Of a stretch of DNA of 64,000 nt, positions 10,019 to 20,236 are shown piece by piece. The DNA is taken from assembly GCA_016188355.1 (NCBI GenBank), contig JACPHY010000001.1:38125-102124 (forward strand), written 5' to 3'. The translations under genes and the position numbers were made by a program. Below the pieces are notes generated by a model. That model saw only the letters and a list, made by a program, of their open reading frames with translations, ran no database searches and was not told the DNA's origin. The stretch comes from Candidatus Uhrbacteria bacterium (lineage in GTDB: Bacteria > Patescibacteriota > Patescibacteriia > JACPHY01). Position 1 is the first letter of the stretch. Each line of letters begins with the position of its first letter.

Positions 10019-10456
10019 GTGGCTCATCTGACTGGACGATCGCTCCGTGAGGTATGTCGGATCCTGGGTGCGCACCCGGGAGCACGATGGCTGCTCCTGG
10101 TTGCAGTGGTTTGCACTGCGGGTACATGGATTACGGTTTTGGCAATCCCGAGGATTCCGGGTAACGACACCGTGGTGACGCATTATTCCACCACATTTGG
10201 CATTGATGCGTTGGGCGCCTGGCGGCAACTCTTCCGACTGCCGAGCATTGCCACGATTCTGTTGGGTATGAATGTGGGTATCGCCGTCGCGAGTATTCGG
10301 GCGACACGACCGGATGCGCACCCTGTGCCCCTTCTCCCGCCGGCGGCACAGACCATGCTCATTGCATCGGCACTCTTGAGTGCCGTGGCGCTCGTGGGAG
10401 CGCTCTTCTTGCTCCGGGTGAATCTTCATTATTTCGGAAGCTCGGGTGCGATATGA
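10019..10456 (+). CDS. Hypothetical membrane protein (3 TM)
   Basis: Three hydrophobic segments and HYSTTFGIDALGAW. The stop overlaps the mraY start (ATGA). Start uncertain: the ORF is open from 9935, inside the MITE. Confidence 0.65.
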   Translation: MAHLTGRSLREVCRILGAHPGARWLLLVAVVCTAGTWITVLAIPRIPGNDTVVTHYSTTFGIDALGAWRQLFRLPSIATILLGMNVGIAVASIRATRPDAHPVPLLPPAAQTMLIASALLSAVALVGALFLLRVNLHYFGSSGAI

Positions 10457-11514
10457 TCACGCCGGATCCAGTCGTGCAGGCAACCGGACGGGTGTTCCTC
10501 CTGACCGCCGCAGCATTCGTGGTCACCATGGCGTGGACGCCACTGCTGGCGCGTTTGTTGTACCGCTACAAGCTTGGCAAGAATATCCGTCTCGCTTCCG
10601 ACGCGCCGGTATATGCGAAGCTGCATGCGCATAAGGCAGGGACGCCCACCATGGGCGGCGTGCTCATCTGGGTGACGATGCTGGCATTCGCGGGTTTTTT
10701 CGCACTCGCTGCCGCATTCCACATCCCGGGATTGCGCATCCTCCATTTCGTGAATCGCGAAGAGACGCTCTTGCCGCTCGGGGTGCTCCTTGCTACCGCG
10801 GTGGTGGGCCTGGGAGATGATCTCATGAACATCTTTCGGATTGGTCCGAAAGGGGGGGGATTGCGGATGCGGCATCGGGTGGTCCTGTACGCGGCGATTG
10901 CGGCGGTGGGGGCATGGTGGTTCGTGGATAAGCTCGAATGGACGACCACGCGCATTCCGTTTGTGGGGCCGGTCGATTTGGGGTGGTGGTTTGTGCCGTT
11001 TGCGATACTGGTGCTGTTTGCGACCGCGCACTCCGTCAATTTGATTGATGGCCTCGATGGTCTCGCCGGGGGAACGGTGCTCACGGCGTACGGCGCGTAT
11101 GGGGCAATCGCGTTCGTGGAGGGACGGTACCATCTCGCCGCTTTTATTGGGGTGCTCGTGGGAAGTTTGCTTGCATTTTTGTGGTTCAATATTCCTCCAG
11201 CGCGATTCTTCATGGGAGATACCGGAGCCATGCCACTCGGTATTACGCTTGGGGTCATCGCACTGCTCACGAATGAACCCTTCCTGCTGTTTATCATTGG
11301 ATTCCCCTTTGTCCTGGAGTCGCTCTCAGTGATTGCACAGATGATGGCACGGCGTTGGTGGGGACGTCGTCTTTTCCGATCGTCGCCGCTGCATCATCAT
11401 CTTGAGGCGATGGGATGGCCAGAATCGAAAATCGTCATGCGATTTTGGGTGATTTCCGGTGTCATGGCAGTGGTGGGGCTCACGATATTTCTCCTGGATC
11501 GTAGTGCGTGGTAG
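10453..11514 (+). CDS. mraY: Phospho-N-acetylmuramoyl-pentapeptide transferase
   Basis: KAGTPTMGG, GLGDD, VNLIDGLDGLAGG, FMGDTG, SPLHHHLE. Confidence 0.96.
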   Translation: MITPDPVVQATGRVFLLTAAAFVVTMAWTPLLARLLYRYKLGKNIRLASDAPVYAKLHAHKAGTPTMGGVLIWVTMLAFAGFFALAAAFHIPGLRILHFVNREETLLPLGVLLATAVVGLGDDLMNIFRIGPKGGGLRMRHRVVLYAAIAAVGAWWFVDKLEWTTTRIPFVGPVDLGWWFVPFAILVLFATAHSVNLIDGLDGLAGGTVLTAYGAYGAIAFVEGRYHLAAFIGVLVGSLLAFLWFNIPPARFFMGDTGAMPLGITLGVIALLTNEPFLLFIIGFPFVLESLSVIAQMMARRWWGRRLFRSSPLHHHLEAMGWPESKIVMRFWVISGVMAVVGLTIFLLDRSAW

Positions 11515-11526
11515 CGGCAGCCGCGT

Positions 11527-12675
11527 ATGCGTACGTGGAAATTGATGGAAGGGGAGCGGCAATTCATGATTGCGCTTGGGGTATTGGTGGTGCTGGGATT
11601 GTTGTTTCTCTCCTCGGCGAGTGCGCCGCTCGCGTATGAGCGGTTCGGCAATCGTTCCACATATGTGCTCCATCAGTTGACCTCCGGGATCCTCCCGGGC
11701 ATTGCGGCGTTTTTCTGCATGCGGAAGGTGCGCACCTCGTTTTTGCAGCGCGCGGCCATTCCGTTGCTCGTGGGGAGTGTAGCGTTGCTGGTGCTCATTT
11801 TCGTTCCGGGCCTCGGAGAAGCGCACCAGCGGACGCGGAGCTGGCTGTCGCTGGGTCCGCTAACGTTCCAGCCGGCAGAAATAGCAAAACTAGGACTCAT
11901 TCTGGCGCTCGCGGCATGGGCGACCGTGCGTCGGCCGGAATGGTTCGTCCTCACGTCTTGGTGGCGCGGGTTGGTGCCGTTTCTCCTCGTGTTCGGCACC
12001 GTGGCGGGTCTGGTTGCTGTGCAGCCTGACGTGGGTACCATGTCGATTCTCACCGCGATCGCGATCGGTATGGCGATTGCCTCCGGCCTGCGTTGGATGC
12101 ACCTTGGTGCATTGGTGGTTGGCGTGGTGGGGGTGATCGGAGCCCTCATCGCCGCGGCACCCTATCGGCTCGCGCGGCTGACCGTGTTTCTCCATCCCGA
12201 ACTCGATCCGCGCGGGATTGGGTATCAGGTGAATCAGGCGCTTTTGGGAATTGGATCTGGCGGAGTGTTCGGGGTGGGTTTGGGGCATTCTCGTCAGAAG
12301 TTCTCGTTCCTCCCTGAGGTGATTTCGGATTCCATTTTTGCGATTATTGCCGAGGAAATAGGATTTTTGGGGTCGTTGGCTTTTATCGCGGTGTTGGTTT
12401 GGGTGATTGCACTGGTGCTGCGCAGGGCCATGACGGCGACCGATGCATTTGAGCGTCTCGTGCTCGTCGGGATCGCAGCCTGGTGGGGATCGCAGTCAAT
12501 CGTGAATATCGGGGCGATTATTGGACTGCTCCCGCTGACCGGTTTACCGTTGCCTTTCGTGAGCTATGGGGGGACGTCCATGGTCGTGGCACTGGCTGCA
12601 GCGGGGATTGTGGCACAGGTATATGCACGCGACCGCGCCGGAGAGCGGGTGCGGGGATCATGGCGGAGGAATTAA
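11527..12675 (+). CDS. ftsW: SEDS peptidoglycan polymerase FtsW
   Basis: RSWLSLGPLTFQPAEIAK, QPDVGT, GYQVNQA, FLPEVISDSIFAIIAEE, PLTGLPLPFVSYGGTS. Confidence 0.93.
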   Translation: MRTWKLMEGERQFMIALGVLVVLGLLFLSSASAPLAYERFGNRSTYVLHQLTSGILPGIAAFFCMRKVRTSFLQRAAIPLLVGSVALLVLIFVPGLGEAHQRTRSWLSLGPLTFQPAEIAKLGLILALAAWATVRRPEWFVLTSWWRGLVPFLLVFGTVAGLVAVQPDVGTMSILTAIAIGMAIASGLRWMHLGALVVGVVGVIGALIAAAPYRLARLTVFLHPELDPRGIGYQVNQALLGIGSGGVFGVGLGHSRQKFSFLPEVISDSIFAIIAEEIGFLGSLAFIAVLVWVIALVLRRAMTATDAFERLVLVGIAAWWGSQSIVNIGAIIGLLPLTGLPLPFVSYGGTSMVVALAAAGIVAQVYARDRAGERVRGSWRRN

Positions 12676-12676
12676 C

Positions 12677-12838
12677 GAGACCTCTGCAAACATCCCGATT
12701 CGCTCCAGGAACGCGCTGCTCGGCTGCGCTGCGTTCCTCGACCGTTCACGAGATCCGCTGGATATCGCTCGGGTCTGCGTCGCGCAGCTCGCTCGAGCAC
12801 CACGTCCCTGGCGCGAAAGCGATTATTGTGGAGGTCTC
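12677..12838. mobile_element. 162-bp MITE-like palindromic repeat (full copy)
   Basis: GAGACCTCTGCAAA...TTGTGGAGGTCTC ends and nested inner IRs. Same length as and highly similar to 59370-59531. Confidence 0.85.
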
Positions 12839-12844
12839 TCGGAT

Positions 12845-13951
12845 ATGCACGTCTTGTTCGTGGGCGGAGGCACATTGGGTTCCGTTACTCCACTCCTTGC
12901 GATTGTGGAGGAGTTGCGCGACCGTGTGCACGGGGTGCGGTGTTCGTGGTGGGGCACACGATTGGGGCCGGAGCGCGCAGTTATTGCCGCCGCAGGAATA
13001 CCATTTCGTGCAATTCCATCCGGAAAGTTTCGTCGATATTGGGATCTGCAGCAGATGATAGACCCATTCCGCATCCTCGCCGCGGGCGTGGTCGCCCTGG
13101 CGCGGTTGTCGCGTGATCGCCCCGATGTGGTGGTGGGAGCTGGCGCATTTGTGCAGGTGCCGGTGATGTGGGCGGCGCGGCTCCTCCGTATTCCGGTCAT
13201 GATCCACCAACAGGACGTACGGCCTGGACTGGCGAATAAACTCGTGGCGCCCATCGCACAGATCATCACGGGAGTGTTCCCCGCACATGTGGTTGCGTTT
13301 GGGGCGCGGCCGGTGCGTATCGTGGGGAATCCCGTGCGTCGTGCAATGCGCTCCATGAGTTCGATTTCGTCTGGACAAGCCAAGCAGCTGTTGGGATTCC
13401 CACCGCATTTGCCGCTCGTGCTGGTACTGGGTGGAGGAACGGGAGCGCAGGCGCTCAATGTGCTGGCTCACGCTGCACATGGTGTATGGAAGCAGGCGAG
13501 CTTCCTTGTGGTGACTGGGCGCGGGAAGCGTGTGGTGGATCCACCGACGCCTCCACTGGGCAGTAGTAGTTCTGGGGGCGTCGTGACGTATCGGGAAGAA
13601 GAATTCCTCGACGCCGAAACGCTGGTGCTTGCCTATACGGCAGCGGATGTCGTGGTGAGTCGCGCAGGCATGGGAACGGTCACGGAATTGGGCGTGCTGG
13701 GAAAGGTGATGGTGCTCGTGCCGATGCCGGGCACGCATCAAGAGGATAACGCGGCAGCGATTGGGATGCGGCAGGCGGCGGTCGTGTGGAAGCAGCAGGA
13801 GATCACACCGGAGGAGTTCGCGCGTCAAATTCGGGCACTGCTCGCTGATCCGTCGCGAGGTGTTGCATTAGCGGCATCGGCGCAGGCACTGTTTCCTGCG
13901 CATGCCGCGACGCGGAGCACGGAGTTGTTGCTTACGTTGGTGTCGGAATGA
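12845..13951 (+). CDS. murG: Undecaprenyl-PP-MurNAc-pentapeptide GlcNAc transferase
   Basis: GGGTLGSVTP, SGKFRRY, HQQDVRPGLANK, GNPVR, GGGTGA, VVSRAG, HQEDNA. Confidence 0.93.
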   Translation: MHVLFVGGGTLGSVTPLLAIVEELRDRVHGVRCSWWGTRLGPERAVIAAAGIPFRAIPSGKFRRYWDLQQMIDPFRILAAGVVALARLSRDRPDVVVGAGAFVQVPVMWAARLLRIPVMIHQQDVRPGLANKLVAPIAQIITGVFPAHVVAFGARPVRIVGNPVRRAMRSMSSISSGQAKQLLGFPPHLPLVLVLGGGTGAQALNVLAHAAHGVWKQASFLVVTGRGKRVVDPPTPPLGSSSSGGVVTYREEEFLDAETLVLAYTAADVVVSRAGMGTVTELGVLGKVMVLVPMPGTHQEDNAAAIGMRQAAVVWKQQEITPEEFARQIRALLADPSRGVALAASAQALFPAHAATRSTELLLTLVSE

Positions 13952-14016
13952 GTGCATCAGCAGTACATCCAAACCCCGCACCGTGCTCGGTGCGGGGTTT
14001 GGATGTGGAGTGCCGT

Positions 14017-14385
14017 TCAGTTCTGATTCGCTGGAGGCGGTTCGATGTTACTGGTGTCGGGAACAACGTCTGCGCTCGCCGTTGTTCGGCAGGAGGCGGT
14101 CAGGGTAGTTTCGAGGTTTTCGAGGCGCGCATGCAGCTGCTGGATTTCGGCGAAAATTTGAGCGCGCGATGGCTCTGCGGGGCGAGACTGTGGGGTGAGC
14201 GCAATTCCTGCCCATACATCACCGCCCGCCGCAAAACTCAGCGCGATCGACGCGGAGAGTCCCGCGACCAGCAACGCGAGAGTGGATGGTGCCTCTCCGG
14301 CGGGCTTCGCGGCGGTGATCAGTGGTGCGGGAGGAGTCGCAGTACGGGCAGTGCGTCGGTTCCGTTTCGTGACGAGTTGGTCCAT
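14017..14385 (-). CDS. Hypothetical protein, single TM plus short coiled coil
   Basis: ATG-started 122-aa ORF filling the gap, with a hydrophobic segment and IQQLHARLENLE. Confidence 0.55.
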   Translation of the reverse strand: MDQLVTKRNRRTARTATPPAPLITAAKPAGEAPSTLALLVAGLSASIALSFAAGGDVWAGIALTPQSRPAEPSRAQIFAEIQQLHARLENLETTLTASCRTTASADVVPDTSNIEPPPANQN

Positions 14386-14462
14386 AAAGGGCGATTACCG
14401 TGAATCAATATGCAATCGTCGTATAAAATTTACCGCGGCGCCGCTATGGACTTCGTCCGAAC

Positions 14463-14583
14463 CCGAGCGCAGCGACCGGAGTATGTGGGGAAGAAGGGCT
14501 TTGCCCGACCCCGCATACGGAGGGAGCAAGTGACTTGGTTGGAGGGAAGGGGGCACGGGAGGGAAACCGGGAGGTTTCCCCAC
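14463..14583. repeat. Multi-hairpin (REP-like) sequence downstream of tRNA-Lys
   Basis: Stems GTATGTGGGG/CCCCGCATAC (14481-14518) enclosing GGGCTTTGCCC; CAAGTGACTTG; GGGAAACC/GGTTTCCC (14561-14580). Confidence 0.45.
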
Positions 14584-14590
14584 GATCTTT

Positions 14591-14662
14591 TGGGCCGCCT
14601 GGGAGTCGAACCCAGAACCTCTGGCTTAAAAGGCCATTGCTCTGCCATTGAGCTAGCGGCCC
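14591..14662 (-). tRNA. tRNA-Lys(UUU)
   Basis: GGGCCGC/GCGGCCC acceptor, anticodon loop CTTTTAA, T-loop TTCGACT. CCA not encoded; A27-G43 mismatch. Confidence 0.93.
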
Positions 14663-14686
14663 AAGCGGCTTCCCGATGGTGTGCGG

Positions 14687-15364
14687 TTATGGGAGCGCGA
14701 TGGGCATAGTGGTGGTATTTCCTGCACGATCGGTGACATGGAGCTCCGGTGTGATCTCGGGGTCGGTGAGACGTTCGATCGCAATGGAGTGGTGCATGCG
14801 GAACGGCGCGTCGGTCGTGTTTTGGCGATTGCCCGCAATGTCCACCCAGGCATTTGCGGGTTCATTGGTGGAGAAGGTAACGCGGTAATTGTTCGGGGTG
14901 ATGGATGCAGAGGTGAAGGAGAGTACAGTGGGAGCGGTGCGATCAACGCCGGGGAGCGTGAATGGGCAATTACCCGATTGTACGGTTGCTCCGGTATCCG
15001 ATCGTGTGGAGGAAACGCGGAAATGGTAGGTGGTTCCCGGAGTGAGCATGTCCACCACGACGCGATGATCAGTCCCCGGAGTTGCGGGAACGACTCGACC
15101 GTATTGGGAATCAATGCCCAGCATGACGTGATTGACATCCGATGCAAGCGAGGTCGTCCACGAGATTGCCGCTTTGCCGCCCGTTGCAACAACGTGCGCG
15201 CACGGATGATCCGTGAGCGCGAGCGTCCGCATTGATTCAGTGGTGCTCGTTGCGGCGAGCGTGGCGAGCGCGGCGGTGGTACCGCTCGTTGCTGCGACGA
15301 GCGCAACGACCCATGTAGCAATACGAATGCGTGGAGGCGAATCCAATTCGTCAAGTGTTGCCAT
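14687..15364 (-). CDS. Membrane-anchored protein with fibronectin type III-like domains
   Basis: TM, then AAISWTTSLASD..YGRV..HRVVVDMLTPGTTYHFRVSS and a second Ig-like unit ending TDRAGN. Start at ggtATG 15364. Confidence 0.75.
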   Translation of the reverse strand: MATLDELDSPPRIRIATWVVALVAATSGTTAALATLAATSTTESMRTLALTDHPCAHVVATGGKAAISWTTSLASDVNHVMLGIDSQYGRVVPATPGTDHRVVVDMLTPGTTYHFRVSSTRSDTGATVQSGNCPFTLPGVDRTAPTVLSFTSASITPNNYRVTFSTNEPANAWVDIAGNRQNTTDAPFRMHHSIAIERLTDPEITPELHVTDRAGNTTTMPIALP

Positions 15365-15524
15365 ACCACGCAGGGAGCATCGATGGGACCATACACATCT
15401 CCGTCCCCACCCCACACCTGGAGCATATCGCGAAATCCACAGCGCGACAAGAACACATGGGGGCGGGTGTGTTCGTGATATACTGCAAGGGCATTGTACG
15501 GAGGTAGACTTTGTTGTTTGGCGT

Positions 15525-18500
15525 ATGTTGCGAACCTCATCGCGCGGAGTAGCCGCGTCGTTCGTCGGCGCGAGTTTTGTGCTTTCCGCGATTTTGATCA
15601 TGGTGCGATTGGATGCTGCATCGCGTTCCTTTGTGGCGTCGTTCGCAACGACGGCTACGCGAGATGCGGTAACGACTGCCGTATGGGATACGGAGGCACG
15701 GGAAATTCGATTGCCGGCATCGGGAGCAGCATGGTCGCCATATGCGGGGCTTGCCGAACAGCGCGTTCGCGCGATTGCGTTTTCCCCAGCATTCGCCAGC
15801 GATCGAACGATGCTCGTCGGTGTGGCCGACGGCATCTATCGATCGACGGATGCGGGGGCGAGCTGGGTGCGGAGCGCAACGACCGCCAATGAAGTAGTAG
15901 ACATCGCTCTTTCCCCGGCATTTACGGGCGATGGCGCTGCATTTGCTATTACGAATGGAGATGGATTGTGGCGCAGTGGCGATGGTGGGGCAACGTGGAC
16001 GAAGGTCGATGCGGATGCGAGCGGGCTTGGCGTTGCATTTTCCCCGGCATTTGCAGCAGATCGCACCGTATTTGTTGCGGCATTCACCAGTATCCGAAAG
16101 AGCACAGATGGAGGCACGTCCTGGTCTCCAGCCAATATCGGCATTGATTCCACCGCGCTCGAGAATGGAGACATCCGTGGGATCGCGGTATCGGGATCAT
16201 ATGCAACCGATGCGACCGTGTATGTGTCCGCGCTCGGCATTGGGGTCTACCGTAGTGTGGATGGAGGTGCGAATTGGTCCCCATCGAATCCAAGCGGTGT
16301 TTCCGTCTCCTACGCGGCAGCGATTGCGACGAATGGGGGCGGGACCGTTGCGGCGGCATTCTTGGATGGCGTGTACGTGAGTACGGATCGTGGATTGGTG
16401 TGGACGAAGCGCGTGGATGGCGACATTTTCGATATTGCTTTTGCCACGGATGGATCGATGCTGGTTGCGTCGGCGACACAGCCGATGCGTGTGTTGGTAG
16501 GAACGGAATCAGCGGCGCCATTGGGGACTGGATGGCCCGGTACGGGTTCGTTTTCGATTGCGGTGGCACCGACCTATCCGGCACCTGGGAGCGTGATTGC
16601 GGGACATGCATCCGGAGCGGCGGTCATTCGGGGAGCATATGCGACGACTGCAGTTGCGGTCTCGTCGGTCGTGGATGATGTGCCTCGGAACATTCTCCGT
16701 GCAACGGTGACGCCGACTGCGGATCAACCGGCAGGGACCAGTGTGAGTTATGAATTGAGTGTTGCGGATGGCGAGCCCGCATGGGAGGGGCCGGTGACGC
16801 CGGGCGAGGTGTGGACGTTCCGGGGTTCCGGTTCCTCGCTTCGGTGGCGCGCTACACTCCAAACGACATCCGATGTCGTGACGCCGGTGCTCCGTGGTCT
16901 CACGATTGCGTATACGTCCGAAGATTCGGTGGCGCCGCCGACGATCGCCTCGGGGACGCCGACCACCACCACGATTCGGTGGTCATGGGGCGACCGTCCT
17001 GCAGATGCGACCGGGTTTGTGGTACATGCGGGGACGCACGGGAGCGCGGACGAGCGGGTGATCGGCACGGTGAACACGCGAGAGGCGGATTATCTCGTGG
17101 AGGAGGGACTGACACCGAATACCGCGTTTTGCGATCGCCACGTGCATACGCGACGCAATGATGAACTTTCTGATCCGTCCGCTGCATTCCCCTGTGTGAC
17201 GACGCTCGTATCGGTGCCGCTCCTCACGGCGGCGGAGCGTACCTCCAATAGTGTGGCGCTCCGTTTTCCTCCGGAAGATGCGCCGGTCACGTACGCCATC
17301 CATGAGCAGATTTCAAATCAATTTGTCGGCGCGGATGGGAAATTGGCGAATGGGGTGGTTTGGCAGAGGGGGGTCGGATGGGGATCGGGAGTAGTTCCCG
17401 TGCTCGGTCTCTCTCCGGACACCTCCTACGCATTTTGTCTGCGGGCGCGGAATCGCGCGGGAGCGATGTCGACGTGTGCAGCACCGGTATCCGTGACGAC
17501 GATCGCTGCAGCGCCGCTCGGCGAGATCGCGGTCGGTGCGGGTACGCGAGCATCCGGTGGACGTGTGCGCATGGAGATTGAAGTGCATTCCGTGGGAGCC
17601 GGTTCGGCCGAAGATGTGGTGGTGCGTATTCCTGTTTCCGAGGGTCTCCGTGTGGTACCTGATGCATTGCGTCTGCAGGGGAATGTGCTCACCGACACCC
17701 GAGATGGAGATGTGGGAGATGTGGATGGAGCCGGCTCCGGAGGCATCACGTTTCGACTGGGCACGTTGTCCAGCGGCGCGACGCGTGTGATGGAGTTGTC
17801 CCTGACGTCGGTATCGCCGGGCGCGGTGACCGCCACTGTGTATCCGATCGTGTCCTATCGACCAGAATCTGGCGCAGATATTCGTACCGCGTCACTCCCT
17901 GCTCCGCTGACGATTTCGATTGCACCGCCCTCGACGGACGTCCCGCCCGTGATGACGCCACCAGGAGAGGCGCCGCCCGTTTCGAATGGCGGTGCACCGG
18001 CAGTGATGAATCCGCCGGCTGTGGGGGGTGGCTGGGGATCGGTCGACGCGGCGGGTACGTTTACCATACTTGCGCCACGAGATGGAACCGCGGTCCCTGT
18101 TGGCCCGCTTTCGGTCACGGGAACTGCAACGCCGGGGAGCGTACTGGTGATTGATGTGGATGATCGCCGGATGGCGACGGTCACCACGGATTCGGAGGGA
18201 CGATTTTCGGGTGCGGTGGGGGACGGACTTCCCCTGGGTGACCACCGCATTGCAGCACAGTTGGGTAACGCGCGTTCAGAATTGCACATTGCGGTGGTTC
18301 CATCGGATGATGCCATTCGTATCACCGCGCCGGTGTCCGGAACGTATATCAATGTCGCTGCAGTAGTGGTTGCGGGAACGGCGCCACCGGGCATTACCCT
18401 CCAACTGACGCAGGATGCGGCGCCATTGGGATCGCTGACGGTGGACGAATCAGGAGCATTTACTTTCCCCATTCCTGCTGCTCCCTCGGAAGGGCCGCAT

Positions 18501-20186
18501 CTCATCACGGCGACTGCGGCATTGTCCTCGGGCATGGTATTGGAATCCTCCACATGGTTCCGGGTGGATCGAACGCCGCCTGCTCCGCCGGCTGTGGATG
18601 AGTTGCGATTGCTCCGTCGGACGCCGGCAGCCGCATCGGATGCTCCCACGGCATTTGCGGTGACTCTAGCGTTACGCGGAACTCTTACGGAGGGAGAATT
18701 CGCAACGCTGGACGCGCTCCTCGTGACCGTGGCATCGGATCCGGTGACCTTCACCTTCACCCCATCCACGCGCAACTGGTCTTACGAGACGACCGTTCCC
18801 CTGGAACCGGGATCGCACAGCGTGCGTGTTGCTGCACGGGATCGCGCGGGCAATGTATCGCCCTTACCGCAGGCGCTCACTTTTGATGTGGCTCCCGCAC
18901 AATGCGGGAATGGTATCGATGACGACGGCGATGGAACGATCGATGCGCCGAATGATCCAGACTGTCGCGATGTCCGAGATGATAAAGAAGCATCAGATGC
19001 GATGTTGGTTCGCGCGGCATCCGCAGTTCGCGATTCCGTGGTGACGACTGCAGTCGTGGTGCAACAGACGACCATCGCGGCCGCAAAATCCACCGCTGAT
19101 ACCGCAGCGGCAGTAGCGGTCCTCGTGCAGGAGCGGGTGCTCGATAACCCGGTCGTGGAGGTGGTTACGGAGCGCGCGGTTGCACCGGTGACCACGGTGG
19201 CGGTCGTGGCCAATGCGGCGACGGCGGTGGAGGGATTCCAGCTCGTGAGCTATCTCCAGTACCTCATCAGCCTCGTACTGCAGCCCGGACGGTTGCTCGC
19301 GCGTCGCAAGCGAAAGGCGTGGGGGACCGTGTACGCAAGTCTCACGAAGCGGCCGGTCGACCTTGCGACGGTGCGCCTCGTGGATACGGTCGCCGGTCGG
19401 GTGGTGCAGACCGCGGTCACCGATCATTTAGGTCGATTCACCTTCCTCGTGCAGCGGCCGGGTACCTATCGATTGGAGATCCAGCATCCAAAATTTGCGT
19501 ACCCTTCCGCGCTCCTTCGGGGACGTCCTACCGATGGCGTATTCGCCGATTGTTATTACGGTGCTCCGATTGTTGTGGATACGCAGGGAGCATTTCTCGC
19601 GATGAACGTGCCCGTGGATGCGTACGAAGAAGAGCAAACGACCAAACGGGTGCTGCGCCGGCACTATCGAGAACTGGCGGGTGCGCTCATCGCCCAGGTG
19701 AGCCTCGTGTCCTCGTTGTTCGTGCTCGCGGTGTCCCCCAGCGTACTAACCGTTGTGCTTGCGCTCGTGAATGGTGGACTCTATTTCCTCTTCCGTCGGC
19801 TTGCACGTCGCCCCCGCCTGCCGCATTCCTGGGGAGCAGTACGTGACGCGGCGAAACGTCACCCTATCGGACGGGCCATCGTGCGATTGTTTGATCAAGA
19901 ATTCAATAAACTACTGGAAACTGCAGTAACCGATCGATACGGGCGCTACCAATTCCTCGTCGGCAAGAACGCGTATTACGTGGCTGCCGAGAAGACAGGG
20001 TATGTCGCGGCGCGGTCGTCGGTGGTGGATCTCACGAAGCAAGAGAGTGTGCTCGGGGTGGATTTCCAGTTGCAGCCGAGCGTTTTGGGTGCTGATGTGT
20101 CATCTGCGGAATTGAATCGTCACGTGTCACCATCCGTGCAGATTGCGTCGACAGGGGATACGTCCCATGGTACGCTCGCTTCATAA
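15525..20186 (+). CDS. Large multidomain surface protein (~1550 aa)
   Basis: Asp-box repeats (YRSTDAGASW, WRSGDGGATW, KSTDGGTSW, YRSVDGGANW, STDRGLVW), FN3 (GLTPNT, GLSPDTSY), a DUF11-like unit, Ig-like units, CGNGIDDDGDGTID..DPDC, and two carboxypeptidase-regulatory-like domains (TDHLGRF, TDRYGRY) around TM segments. Confidence 0.85.
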   Translation: MLRTSSRGVAASFVGASFVLSAILIMVRLDAASRSFVASFATTATRDAVTTAVWDTEAREIRLPASGAAWSPYAGLAEQRVRAIAFSPAFASDRTMLVGVADGIYRSTDAGASWVRSATTANEVVDIALSPAFTGDGAAFAITNGDGLWRSGDGGATWTKVDADASGLGVAFSPAFAADRTVFVAAFTSIRKSTDGGTSWSPANIGIDSTALENGDIRGIAVSGSYATDATVYVSALGIGVYRSVDGGANWSPSNPSGVSVSYAAAIATNGGGTVAAAFLDGVYVSTDRGLVWTKRVDGDIFDIAFATDGSMLVASATQPMRVLVGTESAAPLGTGWPGTGSFSIAVAPTYPAPGSVIAGHASGAAVIRGAYATTAVAVSSVVDDVPRNILRATVTPTADQPAGTSVSYELSVADGEPAWEGPVTPGEVWTFRGSGSSLRWRATLQTTSDVVTPVLRGLTIAYTSEDSVAPPTIASGTPTTTTIRWSWGDRPADATGFVVHAGTHGSADERVIGTVNTREADYLVEEGLTPNTAFCDRHVHTRRNDELSDPSAAFPCVTTLVSVPLLTAAERTSNSVALRFPPEDAPVTYAIHEQISNQFVGADGKLANGVVWQRGVGWGSGVVPVLGLSPDTSYAFCLRARNRAGAMSTCAAPVSVTTIAAAPLGEIAVGAGTRASGGRVRMEIEVHSVGAGSAEDVVVRIPVSEGLRVVPDALRLQGNVLTDTRDGDVGDVDGAGSGGITFRLGTLSSGATRVMELSLTSVSPGAVTATVYPIVSYRPESGADIRTASLPAPLTISIAPPSTDVPPVMTPPGEAPPVSNGGAPAVMNPPAVGGGWGSVDAAGTFTILAPRDGTAVPVGPLSVTGTATPGSVLVIDVDDRRMATVTTDSEGRFSGAVGDGLPLGDHRIAAQLGNARSELHIAVVPSDDAIRITAPVSGTYINVAAVVVAGTAPPGITLQLTQDAAPLGSLTVDESGAFTFPIPAAPSEGPHLITATAALSSGMVLESSTWFRVDRTPPAPPAVDELRLLRRTPAAASDAPTAFAVTLALRGTLTEGEFATLDALLVTVASDPVTFTFTPSTRNWSYETTVPLEPGSHSVRVAARDRAGNVSPLPQALTFDVAPAQCGNGIDDDGDGTIDAPNDPDCRDVRDDKEASDAMLVRAASAVRDSVVTTAVVVQQTTIAAAKSTADTAAAVAVLVQERVLDNPVVEVVTERAVAPVTTVAVVANAATAVEGFQLVSYLQYLISLVLQPGRLLARRKRKAWGTVYASLTKRPVDLATVRLVDTVAGRVVQTAVTDHLGRFTFLVQRPGTYRLEIQHPKFAYPSALLRGRPTDGVFADCYYGAPIVVDTQGAFLAMNVPVDAYEEEQTTKRVLRRHYRELAGALIAQVSLVSSLFVLAVSPSVLTVVLALVNGGLYFLFRRLARRPRLPHSWGAVRDAAKRHPIGRAIVRLFDQEFNKLLETAVTDRYGRYQFLVGKNAYYVAAEKTGYVAARSSVVDLTKQESVLGVDFQLQPSVLGADVSSAELNRHVSPSVQIASTGDTSHGTLAS

Positions 20187-20236
20187 TTGTGTACCGGCAG
20201 AGGTGTGTCCGTCGCCTCGCCATGATGATTTGTTGT

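Noticed and set aside
12566-12844. Apparent 93-aa N-terminal extension of MurG
   Set aside because: It is read-through of the ftsW end and the MITE; the family sequence begins at ATG 12845.
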